In this document: positions 1 to 11,399 of the stretch, piece by piece
Layout of the letters: each line of letters opens with the position of its first letter
How positions within the stretch are numbered: position 1 is the stretch's first letter
DNA from: Malacoraja senta
Taxonomy: Eukaryota
DNA length: 64,000 bases
Reading direction: 5' to 3'
Assembly (NCBI GenBank): GCA_038087875.1
Contig: JAXLNO010000264.1
Span: 1 to 64,000 of the forward strand
Translations under genes and position numbers: made by a program
The notes under the pieces: model-generated
Database searches by the model: none
The model's input: the letters and a program-made list of their open reading frames with translations, nothing else
What the model was told of the DNA's origin: nothing

Positions 1-520
1 TTCAGTTCTGGGCAGGAAAGATATTATCAAGCTTGAAAGAGTTCAGAAAAGTTTACAATGATGTTGCCTGGACCAGAGGATGTGAGCTATAGGGAGAGGT
101 TAAGTAGGCTGGGTCTCTAATCCATGGTGCGCACTAGGATAAGGGATGATCTTATAGAGGTGTACAAAATCATGAGAGGAATAGATCGGGTAGATGCACA
201 GTCTCTTGCCCAGAGTAGGGGAATTGAGAACCAGAGGATATAGGTTCAAGGTGAAGGGGAAAAGATTTAATAGGAATCCGAGGGGTACATTTTTCACACA
301 AAGGGTGGTGGGTGTATGGAACAAGCTGCCAGAGGAGGTAGTTGAGGCTGGGACTATCCCATCGTTTAAGAAAACAGATACAGATACATGGATAGGACAG
401 GTTTGGAGGGATATGGACCAAGCATAGGCAAGTGGGACTAGTGTAACTAGGACATTGTTGGCCGGTGTGGGCAAGTTGGGCCGAAGGGCCTGTTTCCACA
501 CTGTATCAATCTATGACTCT
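1..520 (+). mobile_element. CR1 LINE 3' fragment
   Basis: Degenerate ORF2 C-terminus (TRGYRFK..FFTQRVVGVWNKLP), then 3'UTR ending in ctatgactctat. Confidence 0.85.
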
Positions 521-659
521 ATAACTGTCTCCAAATGAACACATTATCTTTGTGGAAAGCAAAGCATATTTTAATGCCCGTTGTGAAATAATAGCCTCAG
601 AACTACTGATAGAAAACTCAAAGACAAATCCAGTGTGTTCACAGGTCAGTTGTTTAGAA

Positions 660-1000
660 TCTAGAACAGTACAGCGCAGGAACATGCCCTTTCCTGCACA
701 TGATGCTGAAATTAAACCAATCTCCTCTGCCTGCATGTGATCCATATCCCTCCATTCCCTGCATATCCATATGCGTATCAAAAACCTCTTTGATGCTACT
801 ATGGTACCTTCGTCCAACACCAACCCTTGGCAGCACATTCCAGGCACCCAGTATTCTCTGTATAAAAAAACTTGCTCTGCACATCTCTTTTAAACTTTGC
901 CCTTCTCACCTTAAAAGCTATGCCCACAATGCTCAGACATATTCACCCTGGGAATAAAGTTTTGACTCTCTGCCCGATCTATGCCTCACATCATTTTATA
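660..1000 (-). mobile_element. Old CR1 3' fragment
   Basis: FFIQRILGAWNVLP remnant followed by a CR1-type 3'UTR. Confidence 0.7.
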
Positions 1001-1155
1001 TTTGTCCGGATATGATAGCGTCTTCCTGTTGCAGACCATTGCAGAGCCCTTGAAGGAGATCAAAGACCACAGACTTGCAGCCAAACCATATTAGGACAGA
1101 TGGAGTTATACTGGACGGTCCAGAAGTTTTCTCTTTCTGACCACCAGTCTGTTTT

Positions 1156-1594
1156 TATTTTTTGTTTATTTTTTGAATTTATTTTACTAGAAGCAATTGT
1201 ACAAGGATAAGACGATTGACATAACAGTATAACAATTATTGTACAGCTTCATTTTTAACCTTATAACATAAATTTAAAAAAAGGGGAAAAAAAGGGGAAA
1301 AAAAGAGAGAAGAAAGAAGAGAATGAAGAAAAATAAGTAAAATACAAGAGAGCAGGAAAAAGACCCCTAAGCTACCAAAGAAGTGCAGGAGAAGAGTAAA
1401 GAAATAAGAAAAGAAAAGATGGAGATATACCTTTCCCTCCAACCCCCCCCCCCCCCCCCGCCCCCCGCCATCCATCCTTGGCACAGAATTTGTGTTTAAC
1501 CATTCTGTTGTTGCAGAAATTCAGTAAAAGGTAACCATGTCTTAAAGAAATTGGTCTGCTTTTTCCACCAAGACAAGCCTAATGTTTTCCAAAT
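1156..1594 (-). mobile_element. 5'-truncated L1 (ORF2 C-terminus, 3'UTR, A-rich tail) with 9-bp TSD
   Basis: Minus strand reads HLENIRLVLVEKQTNFFKTWLPFTEFL, similar to the end of the L1 at 34.3 kb; GTCTGTTTT at 1147-1155 and 1595-1603. Confidence 0.75.
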
Positions 1595-1617
1595 GTCTGT
1601 TTTGAAGAATGATTTGA

Positions 1618-1757
1618 TGCAGAATATAATATGTGATTTAGACCAGTATGGTGTCCAACACTACCATGAGATGGAGACATATGGAACTGCAGAATATAAC
1701 GTATGATTTAGACCAGTATGGTGTCCAACACTACCATGAGATGGAGACATATGGAAT
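1618..1757. repeat. 70-bp tandem duplication (2 copies)
   Basis: gaccagtatggtgtccaacactaccatgagatggagacatatggaa starts at 1641 and again at 1711. Confidence 0.9.
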
Positions 1758-1971
1758 TGCAGATGCTGGAAACTTCTGTGGAGGGAATGGTCTAGTGACG
1801 TTTCGGATCGGACCTTTCTTCAGATGACCTGAAATGTCACGTCCACTACCATGAGATGTTCGCTTTTCTCCTAGCAAATAATATCTTGTTTTGTTCTTTC
1901 TAAATAATTTTACACAGATTTAAAACAACCTATAAAGTTAGCTAAGACATTGTTTTTTTTGCTTGTTCCAG

Positions 1972-2110
1972 GCTCAGACAACGTCAAGAATCTGGAACGT
2001 TTGCTCTCTCTATGCTCTATGGGAAAACATCCTACCATTACAGAATAGATATGGATAAATCCGGAAAATTTTCCATTCCCGATGGATCGAAATTTGATAC
2101 TCTTTGGCAG
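1972..2110 (+). CDS. ZAP70: ZAP70 internal coding exon (C-terminal SH2 domain)
   Basis: Acceptor ttgttccag and donor gttt; translates [46 protein letters not shown], closely matching the ZAP70 C-SH2 (..YGKTVYHY..KFDTLWQ). Upstream exons lie outside the window. Confidence 0.95.
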
Positions 2111-2908
2111 GTTTATAACAATCGTTCTTATATCTAAATTTTTCAAAGATATTTAAGATTATGCATTAATAAAATGGGAACTATACAATATATTAATTGT
2201 ACCCTGCAGACAATATTATTCAATATTAAACATTCAAAATTTATGTATGGATGATAATGTTCTATTGAAGTATATTGTAAGTCATTTTCAATGCCTGTGC
2301 AGGACGAAAAGTGCCTTGGAAGCAGAATCTTTAACCTTCTAAAACTGGTGGGTTACTGCCAGGTGATGTGTTAATATTTTGAAATGTTGCAATGAATTAT
2401 TTGAACATTTGGCACAAAATGGAGCGTACAAAAACAAATAGCGTAAGTGGGTGCTTAATGATGAAGTGGAAGGAGGATCGAAGGGCCTGTTTTCCTGTTG
2501 CATGTCTCTCAGGCTCTCTAACCTGGTCTTTGTTGGGACTGCCAAATGTAATGCGTAATGTGCCACAGTTATTTGTGGGGGGGAGGGGGGGCGGAGGTGG
2601 GAGTCAACTTTCCATAGCCTTTATGAATAACGGGTAAAGACATTAAGGTGTGGATGAAAATTTGATGATAACACATAGATAAATATTGTGTAGAGGTGAT
2701 AGAGGCTACAAATGAATAGAGATAGTCTGAGTGAGTTGTCAAAGATCTGGCAAATGGATAATGTGGAAAAATGGGAAATTTACCATTTTGCCATGAATAT
2801 TGAAAAATAAGGATTTTGTTTAAATGGTGAGAGATCACAAAATTCTGAGATTTAGAGGGATTCTAGTGCAGGATTTGCAAAAGACCAGAAAGCAGATATA
2901 TTTAGTAA

Positions 2909-4306
2909 CTAGACTGTGGGACCCGTTGGGTCCTAGCATCACACGGGAGGGCTGATCCCCCAACGCCATATTCCACCTCTCCACCAATTCCAATATTGGT
3001 GGCCAGTGGGAGAGGGGGGGGCTTTCTGGAGTGCTAGTATGGGTGTTGTAGGCTGAAAGGACTGGTTTCCAGAGGGCTAGTATGGACATTGTGGGCCGAA
3101 TGGACTCTTGGGCTGGCGGCTCAGTCACTCAAGCCTGTTGTGCTGGCAGCTCACTTACTCACGGCTGGTGGGCTGGCAGTTGACTCATGGCTATTCCTTG
3201 AAATTCCATTTCAAGCAGGGTGCAAGGCCACCAAATTCAAGTGCAGTTTCATACCATTTCAAGCAGGATGCCACTAAAGACAGCGAGTCTCCCTCCTCCA
3301 TCTTGCAGAGACTGAGCCACTCCCACACTTCTGGGTTTTATAGTCCCTCCCCCTTCCCACCAGAAGGGGCTTGGCCTTCATGGCGTGATTGACAGGAGAG
3401 AGAATCTCAACATTTTTAAAACACTAATAACTCTTTTATTTTTCATCGATGGGAAAAATCCTCAGCACCTGATGAGCGGAGGGGGACTCTGAGTAAGATG
3501 GCCAAAAATAACAGCCGTACATGGTAGCGCTTTTCCTAAAATCAATATAAAGCGCAAACAGGAAGTGGTCAAGATTAGACTTTTAATTATATAGAAGGCA
3601 AGGCGACTTTAATTAGGCAAGGCAACTTTACTTAGGCAACACAGCTTTAGCATTTCCAAACCAAAGGCAACACAGCTTTAGCATTTCCAAACCAAAGGCA
3701 ACACAGCTTTAGCATTTCCAAACCAAAGGCAACACAGCGTTAGCATTTCCAAACCAAAGGCAATATAGCTTTAGCATTTCCAAACCAAAGGCAACACAGC
3801 TTTAGCATTTCCAAACCAAAGGCAACACAGCGTTAGCATTTCCAAACCAAAGGCAATATAGCTTTAGCATTTCCAAACCAAAGGCAACACAGATTTAGCA
3901 TTTCCAAACTATATTTTCAAACCACATTAAGGGCACTGACAGGTCTGTAAAACCACTCACAGTTTAGTAGACATGTGTTCAGTGTTATTCACAGCTCAGA
4001 CTGAGAGACGTGACCCTCTCGCTCCCTCATCTTGCAGAGACTGACTGAGGCACTCAACACTCCGGGTTTTATAGTCCCTCCGGAAGGGGCGTGGCCTTCA
4101 GGAGAGAGAATCTCAACATTTTTTAAACACTAATAACTCTTTTATTTTTCATCGATGGGAAAAATCCTATTGTCCTGCGTAGCGGAGGGGGACTCTGAGT
4201 AAGATGGCCAGAAATCACAGCCGTAAGTGGCAGCATTTTTTCTAAAATCAATATACAGAACAACAGGAAGTGGTCAAGATCAGACTTTTAGTAATATATA
4301 GATAGA
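2909..4306 (-). mobile_element. Non-autonomous Helitron (composite, two 5' ends) inserted in an old CR1
   Basis: On the minus strand: 5' TCTATCTATATATTACTAAAAG..., 3' hairpin GGACCC-aac-GGGTCC (2919-2933), then CTAG. Inserted between A and T without TSD. The flanks rejoin as CR1 sequence (gtaa|taaggaaagccaac). Confidence 0.85.
3635..3909. repeat. 31-bp minisatellite, about 9 copies, inside the Helitron
   Basis: Unit ggcaacacagctttagcatttccaaaccaaa at 3635, 3666, 3697 ... 3883. Confidence 0.95.
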
Positions 4307-4765
4307 TAAGGAAAGCCAACAGAATGATGTCGCTTATTACAAGGGAAAATGAATTCAAAAATAGGGATGTTATGCTTCAATTATATTGGACATTAGTGAT
4401 ACCACATCTTGAACACTGTATACTACTTTGGGGTCCTGATTTAAGGATGGATGTTAATGCCTTGGAAACAATTCAGAGATGATTACTGGACGAATACCTG
4501 AACTATTACTTTGCTTTCAGTCTTATTTCTCTGGTGCCCATGACAATTGGAAAAACTCTGCATTTCTCCAACTTTTCAACCAGTTCCATCTCTTATTAGT
4601 TTCTATTATGTCATCCTGCCATTGTCAGTCAGATAAACATAAAGTTAATTTACAAAATTATTCAAACCTCCAAGTTAAATTTTAAAGACCCGAATTATAC
4701 AGTGAATCAGATTTACTTCCATGTGCTTTTTTGATACCACACTGAAATATTGTTTCCTTTTAAAG

Positions 4766-4847
4766 CTGGTTGAATATCTAAAGCTTAAGTCCGATGGAGT
4801 GATAACCGTGCTACGTGAAGCCTGCAGTAACCCTAACCAACCTGCTG
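4766..4847 (+). CDS. ZAP70: ZAP70 exon (end of C-SH2)
   Basis: ttttaaag|CTG...GCTG|gtaag; LVEYLKLKSDGVITVLREACSNPNQPA (human ZAP70 LVEYLKLKADG..LKEAC); phase continuous with the previous exon. Confidence 0.95.
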
Positions 4848-5172
4848 GTAAGCATCAACATCGATCAATGGAGTAAGACTGTTCTATTCAAGTAGTTGCA
4901 GTTCACCTACTGTGATTAACTCTATCTCTTGTCAATAACCGTTCACATGACATAATTGGCTGCTGTATATATTTTTAAACATTTTAGAGGTGTCTGTATA
5001 CAATGGTAGGGGAGGGGGTGATGGGGGGCGGGGAGCAGCACGGGTGTATATATAGGAGAGTATAAGTGTCTGTGACGTGTCTGTGAGTGTGCAAGAATGT
5101 GTGAGGAAATATTATTACATCGCTAACATGCATTGTGGTACTTCAAAAGAAAATTAACAATTATAAACGTGT

Positions 5173-5300
5173 TTAAGAAGGAACTGCAGATGCTGGAAAA
5201 TCGAAGGTAGACAAAAATGCTGGAGAAACTCAGCGGGTGAGGCAGCATCTAAGGAGCGAAGGAAATAGGCAACGTTTCAGGTCGAAACCCTTCTTCAGAA
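5173..5300 (-). mobile_element. Penelope-type short repeat with hammerhead-ribozyme core and 11-bp TSD
   Basis: Minus strand CTGAAGA-A-GGGT-TTCG-ACCT-GAAACGTT (5298-5271); TATAAACGTGT at 5162-5172 and 5301-5311. Confidence 0.7.
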
Positions 5301-5994
5301 TATAAACGTGTCTTTGGAGTTCTGTTACACTTTAGTTTCTATAACTGAAATTAGTAATTGACTGGCACTAGGCCTTATTCTTTCCACTTTGAATCAGGAG
5401 CAATGGGGCAACAATCTCAGTTATTTCTTTGTGAACTGGGCGAATTGTATTTAGAAGAATGAAGTAAGATTTATTTACACCTTGCAATTCAGCCTCTGAG
5501 GGGAAGAAAACATGCAATTTTTTCACAGGTATGGTGCAGAAAGAGCCAGAATCAGTAGTTTAGAAAATAATAACATTGGCAATTATGGGATTAGACTGAG
5601 GGTAAGACTGAGTGGCTGGGGCAAGCCTGAGATGCCAGTGTTGCTTCCTGCTCACAGACAACATGGGTCAGCGCCCAGACATAGAGGCAAAGCATGAGCT
5701 GCCAGGATAACCCAGTGATCACCAGCATCGCCTCTTCAAGCCCAAAGTTGAGCTGTCAGAATAACGACCAATAACGCCCTCTCTCGAGGCAAGAGTGAAC
5801 TGCAGGGAGAAGTCTGAGATCGTCACACCTCCTTCCTTGAGACCAGCACTGAGCTGTTTAGGGCAAGCCTGAGATTGCCAGCACCACCATACATGTGCCC
5901 TGACGATGAGGGACACCGCCCTTGTGTGGTGCTGGACTTTATTATCACTGTAAATAAAACATATTATGTGAGTTCATATTATGTGACTTCATTT

Positions 5995-6935
5995 AGTGAG
6001 TACAAGTAACATTAGCAAATTTGCAGATGACACAAAGCTGGGTGGCAGTGTGAACTGTGAGGAGGATGCTATGAGAATGCAGGGTGACTTGGACAGGTTG
6101 GGTGAGTGGGCAGATGCATGGCAGATACAGTTTAATGTAAATAAATGTGAGGTTATCCACTTTGGTAGCAAAAACAGGAAGGCAGATTACTATCTAAATG
6201 GTGTCAAGTTGGGAAAAGGGGAAGTACAACGGGATCTGGGGGGTCCTTGTTCATCAGTCAATGAAAGCAAGCATGCAGGTACAGCAGGCAGTGAAGAAAG
6301 CAAATGGCAAGTTGGCCATAACAAGAGGAGTTGAGTATAGGAGCAAAGTGGTCATTCTGCAGTTGTACAGGGCCCTAGTGAGACTACACCTGGGGTATTG
6401 TGTGCAGTTTTGGTCTCCAAATTTGAGGAAGGACTTTCTTGCTATTGAGGGAGTGCAGCATAGGTTCACAAGGTTAATTCCTGGGATGGTGGAACTGTCG
6501 TTTGCTGAGAGAATGGTGCATCTGGGCTTGGAATTTAGAAGGATGAGAGGGAATTTTATTGAAACATATAAGATTATTAAGGGTTTGGACACGCTAGAGG
6601 CAGGAAACATGTTTCCGATGTTGGGGGAGTCCAAATCCAGGGGTCACAGTTTAAGAATAAGGGGTAAGCCATTTAAAACGGAAATGAGGAAACACTTTTT
6701 CACACAGAGAGTTGTGAGTCTGTGGAATTATCTGCCTCAGAGGGCGGTGGAGGCCGGTTCTCTGGATACTTTCAAGAGAGGAACTGGATAGGGCTCTTGG
6801 AGATAGCGGGATCAGGGGATATGGGAGAAGGCAGGAACTGTGTACTGATTGTGGATGATCAGCCATGATCACATTGAATGGTGGTGCTGGCTTGAAGGGC
6901 TGAATAGCCTACTCCTGCACCTATTGTCTATTGAA
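5995..6935 (+). mobile_element. CR1 LINE, 5'-truncated (RT FADD motif to 3' end)
   Basis: ISKFADDTKLGG...LYRALVRLHLGYCVQFWSP...FFTQRVVSLWN, frameshifted; tail cctattgtctattg. Confidence 0.92.
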
Positions 6936-7279
6936 TTCGCCCTTCTGTGAGTGTCGGCGTGGTCACTGCTGAACTTGCGTCGTCCCCGATGCCACAGTCC
7001 ATACATAATCTTGAATGTGACACTCTATGAATATAATAATCCTCAGTGATGGTGAAATCAACATGTGTGTGCCAAATACAAGACTGAAGTATTTGTAACC
7101 ATCTTCATCCAGGAGCACCGAGCAAATAATCTGTCTTAACCTCCTTCTGAAGATCCCAACCATAGACACCTTGGGTATCTGTGATTGGTATAACACATGC
7201 CTGTGATGATTCATGTGTGAGCCCTGGAATCTGCTCTACCATCTAATATCACAGCTGATATGATTGTACATTACCTAAC

Positions 7280-8525
7280 AAGAGTCCAGGACATGTATAT
7301 TCCTGTTAGACTGAGGGGCAAGGCAGGTGAGCGTAAGGAAGCTTGGATGACAAGGGAAATTGAGGCTCTGGTCAAGAGTAAGAAGGAAGCATGGGGCAGG
7401 TATAAGCAGCTGTGATCAAATGTATCCCTGGAGGAACTTTGCAAACTGAGGAGCAAGCTTAAAAAAAGGCTTTAAAAAAAGGAAATCAGGAGGGCAAAAA
7501 GGGGACAGGAGATGGCTCTCGCAAATAGCATTAAGGATAATCCAAAGAGATTTTATGTGCATAAAAGGAAGAAGGGTAACCAGAGAGAGAATGGAACCCC
7601 TCAGGAATCAAAGTGGTCAACTCTGTGTGGATCCACAGTAGCTGGGCAAGGTCGTCAATGAATATTTCTCCTCTGTTTTTACCGTAGAGAAAGACATGAG
7701 GACAGGGGAACTTGGGACAGTCAATGGAAGTGTCTTGAGCATGGTCAGTATTAAGGTCTAGGAGATGCTGAAGGTCCTGACACGTATAATGGTAGACAAA
7801 CCTCCCAGGTCTAATCAAATATATCTGAGGACACTAGTTGTCTAGAAGGACGGGCTGAGTATGGATAGTTAGCATGTTTTTTGTACGTGAGAGGTTGTAT
7901 CTCATGCATCTGATTGAGTTTTTTGAAGATGTGACCAGAAAGGTTGAGGGCAGAGCTGTAGATGTATATTTGGATTACAGCAAGGCATTCAACAAGGTTC
8001 TGCATGATAGGTTGTGTAGGAGCTATTTATGTTTTGGCTAGCTACTGGTGTCATAATATATTATTTTGTCTAGATATATCTTGCAGTATTATTTAGGACA
8101 CTTGGGGGTGGTCATTAGATGTACAGAGGGACGTATATATATGGGCATAGTGGACAGGGAGTGGCAGACCAGGCACAGGGGTGGAGGGCATACAGTTCTC
8201 ACCAGACCGGGGAGAACAGCTAGCTGCAACTTATATGCAGAATAAGGAAAACCTGGTACGTTCATCTCTTTGTTTGTACAACGACTTCAATAAAGAACCT
8301 ATTGAACTGGAAATAATGACTGGAAAATCTGTTCTACTTGGTCTGCCTAAGATCACTCCTACTTACCTGTGTAGTAATGGTAATGGAAAGTTGGACACTA
8401 AAAGAGTCGGAAACTTGCCATGGCAGGTTGCTCTGGAAGGTTAGATTGCATGGGATCCAAGGAGAGATAGCTGAATTTATAGAATATTGGCCTCTTGGAA
8501 GGAAGCAGAGGGTGATGGTGGAAGC
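7280..8525 (+). mobile_element. Decayed CR1 ORF2 fragment interrupted by a solo LTR
   Basis: Remnants of KDNPKRF, FFEDVT and AFNKV..H; the reading resumes after 8430 (LLWKVRLHGIQG). Confidence 0.75.
8015..8425 (+). mobile_element. Solo LTR (411 bp)
   Basis: TG...CA termini, perfect 5-bp TSD GGTTG (8010-8014 and 8426-8430), internal TATA-like run near 8133 and AATAAA near 8289. Confidence 0.75.
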
Positions 8526-8732
8526 TCCAATTTAGAATTTTAATTTGTTGGCCCGCCCTGACTTTGTGAGGAAAGAAACAAAGGTAGACAAGAAGGAGAA
8601 AAATAATTGTGCTAAATTGAATTTTGGAATGTGAAGGACCACAAAAGAACATTAATGAAAACATGTATAATCGGTCTAATTGATTTCAAAAGAAAATACA
8701 ATGCATTAATTTTAATTCACTTTGCTTCACAG

Positions 8733-8764
8733 ATCCAATAAAACCTCCATCACTTCCTAAGAAT
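8733..8764 (+). CDS. ZAP70: ZAP70 32-nt micro-exon (start of interdomain B)
   Basis: tttgcttcacag|AT...AAT|gtaagt; (D)PIKPPSLPKN. It supplies the phase 1 to phase 0 link needed between the flanking exons. Confidence 0.75.
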
Positions 8765-9737
8765 GTAAGTATATTTTTTATGATAGGTACATGCACAACT
8801 GTCGGCTTACGATAACATAACTGATGACATCTGTGCAGCCTATCTGAAAGAACACTCCATTTAGATATATAGCCTAAATTTTCAATATTTCTTTTGTAAT
8901 ATTTATCAATTTGCTGGAGACACAAGAGGCTGCAGATACTTGAATATGGGGCAAGATGTAAACTGCTGGATGACCTCAGTAGGTCAAGCAGCATCTGTAG
9001 AGGCAAAGGTAGAGTCAACATTTCAGATCGAGACACTGCATCAGGATGGCAGCATCCATGGAAAGTTCATGACCTTCATTCAGAACCTTCCCTTTCGGCA
9101 GATGCTGCCTGACTTGGTACATATTTACAATATCTTCTGTTGCTGTTTCAGATTTCCTGCATTCACAGAGTTTGCTTTTTGATTTTGCTTCAGTGTTGAT
9201 GAGAAAAAAGCCCAGTGACTTACTCCACTTCCACTTGTCCACAGACATCTTATGGATTTTGTTATTAAAGAGTAATGTCATTGCAATGAACTCTCAGCAG
9301 CATTTGAAACCCATCTGAATGTAGCCAAGAGTTATATTCCACTTGAATTGAGCAGACTGAATGCATGTTAGGTATCGCAAGTTTCTCCATATTGTGCTAA
9401 ATAGAATATTTAATTGTCCCAAATCTAGTTCGGAATGTGAAACAGAAAAATGGGCAAGATGGAAAGGGATTAAGAGAGGGAAAAAAAAGATAATTTTAAA
9501 TGTATTTAGGTTTCTTAAATATTTTAACTTCACCAGCAGTAATAAAAATCTGAAGGAACGAAAGCCCATACCGTTGCATTAATTTTCAGTGCCCTTTAAG
9601 GATGTATGAGAGTAATTGGGATTTATCACACCATTACAAATTTACCTACATTAGAACTAAATATTGTTAGTGTTGAACTTCATATTTACTCGTTTTCATG
9701 TTTGAGAATGTTGATAATATTGATGTTAAACTTTCAG

Positions 9738-9798
9738 AGACTTGGTGCTGCCAGTCTTACCTGCAACCTTGACGGATATACGCCAGATCCAATTCAAG
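9738..9798 (+). CDS. ZAP70: ZAP70 exon (interdomain B, Y292-equivalent)
   Basis: ctttcag|AGA...CAAG|gtgag; RLGAASLTCNLDGYTPDPIQ (human NSDGYTPEP). Confidence 0.9.
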
Positions 9799-10496
9799 GT
9801 GAGCTATTAGTCTTCTCTTCTTAGCCAGTTCCTCAGGATTGAGAATGCTTCCACTCTGTTTCAGTGATTAATTACGGCATTTGGGAACTGCAGTCTCAAC
9901 CAGTTGTGAAGTGGTCCATTACTGCTTTCTGCATGCTTGTAGTAACATAGTGATGAGCACCAAAAGCTGCAAAAATAGACAAAGGCAGTTGGCATGTCTT
10001 CGTTTAGAAGTTTTGCTTGTGGTCATAACCTGAAAGAGCGCAGAAGATTGGCAGCTATATTCTAGCTACTATTGGCATCTGTAAGTTTTTGATAGTTAGT
10101 GACTCAATCCACACTTTGTCTGTAATCATTATACAGAGAATTAAAGGCAAAATGGTGAAGCAAGGTTTGATACATTTCATGGCATTTTATTTGTATTTTC
10201 TTTCATTCAGTCTCCTGAAGGTGTTGATCCTTTCTTCATCTGTGTGGCTCATACATTGCAGATGTCTTCAGCTTCACACACAAATTCACTTGAGACTCAG
10301 CAACCTGGAAGACTGCTATGTGTGACAGGAAGGTGTTGAATTCTGTATGATTGTCGGGCATCCAATGTTGGGCATTTTGATGATGATTGGATGAGTTAAA
10401 TATAGTATTTTGAGTTCAAAATAGATTCAGAGCAAGGAGTTTAAAATGTGATTTAAACTCAAATGTTTAATTAATCTACATATTATTTCTGGACAG

Positions 10497-10668
10497 GCCG
10501 CCGAACGCTTCCTATGGATACAGAATCATATGTCAGCCCTTACAGTGACCCTGAAGAGTTAAAAGACAAGAAGCTGTACCTGAAGCGAGAATGCCTCCTG
10601 ATTGATGAAGTGGAGCTGGGATCTGGCAACTTTGGCTGTGTTAAAAAAGGGGTGTATAAGATGAGGAA
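10497..10668 (+). CDS. ZAP70: ZAP70 exon (Y315/Y319 region and kinase Gly-loop)
   Basis: ggacag|GC...AGGAA|gtaag; [72 protein letters not shown] is diagnostic of ZAP70. Confidence 0.96.
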
Positions 10669-11399
10669 GTAAGTAGTTTGTCTGTAAAATTAACAAATCT
10701 CAGGGTTCATTGATCAAACCAGTCAACAATGGTCATTCAACCTGCCACAGGATACATGTAACAGACAAAGAAATGAGTAAGAAAATAATAGATCAAAATG
10801 ATGAAAGACTATCAAATAAACTAACCTCGCATGATTGATGTAAGCAATGATAATTGAAATGTAAGAAATTCAATCAAAACCAAATTATATATATTTTGGG
10901 GCATATTTTCCTGCCTGTGGCCAGGGCTTCTGTCATTCCAATGGAAGTCAACATCAGAATAAACCCATGTGGTCTAGGACAGCGAGTGATAAATTACATT
11001 GGATCTGTCCCTATTCTCCATCGCTGGGTTCCAGATGAAGTTCTGGTCAGAAATGAAATGAAGAAATAGTTGAGAGCACTAGATACAGCAATACAGATTA
11101 ACATCTTGGAAGCATGACCATATGTACCTTTCAGTAAAAGTAGGGTGTCTCTTGATTTATGTGGGTGTCAGAGGTTATGGGGAGAAGGCAGGAGAATGTG
11201 GTTGAGAGGGAAAGATAGATCGGCCATGATTGAATGGCGGAGTAGACTTACTTACCTAAGAGCAATTCTGCTCTTACAACTTATGAACTTATCTCAAATC
11301 TAGATAATCACTGCCCAACAGTCCACTCTGTCTCAGTAAACTGATGGAAGGTGCTGTCGAATAACCTGCCCACCGATGCCTAGTTGAGTTTCACCTAGA

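Noticed and set aside
3635..3909. CRISPR-like array of 31-bp repeats
   Set aside because: The repeats are contiguous with no unique spacers, there are no cas genes, and the context is eukaryotic. It is a minisatellite.
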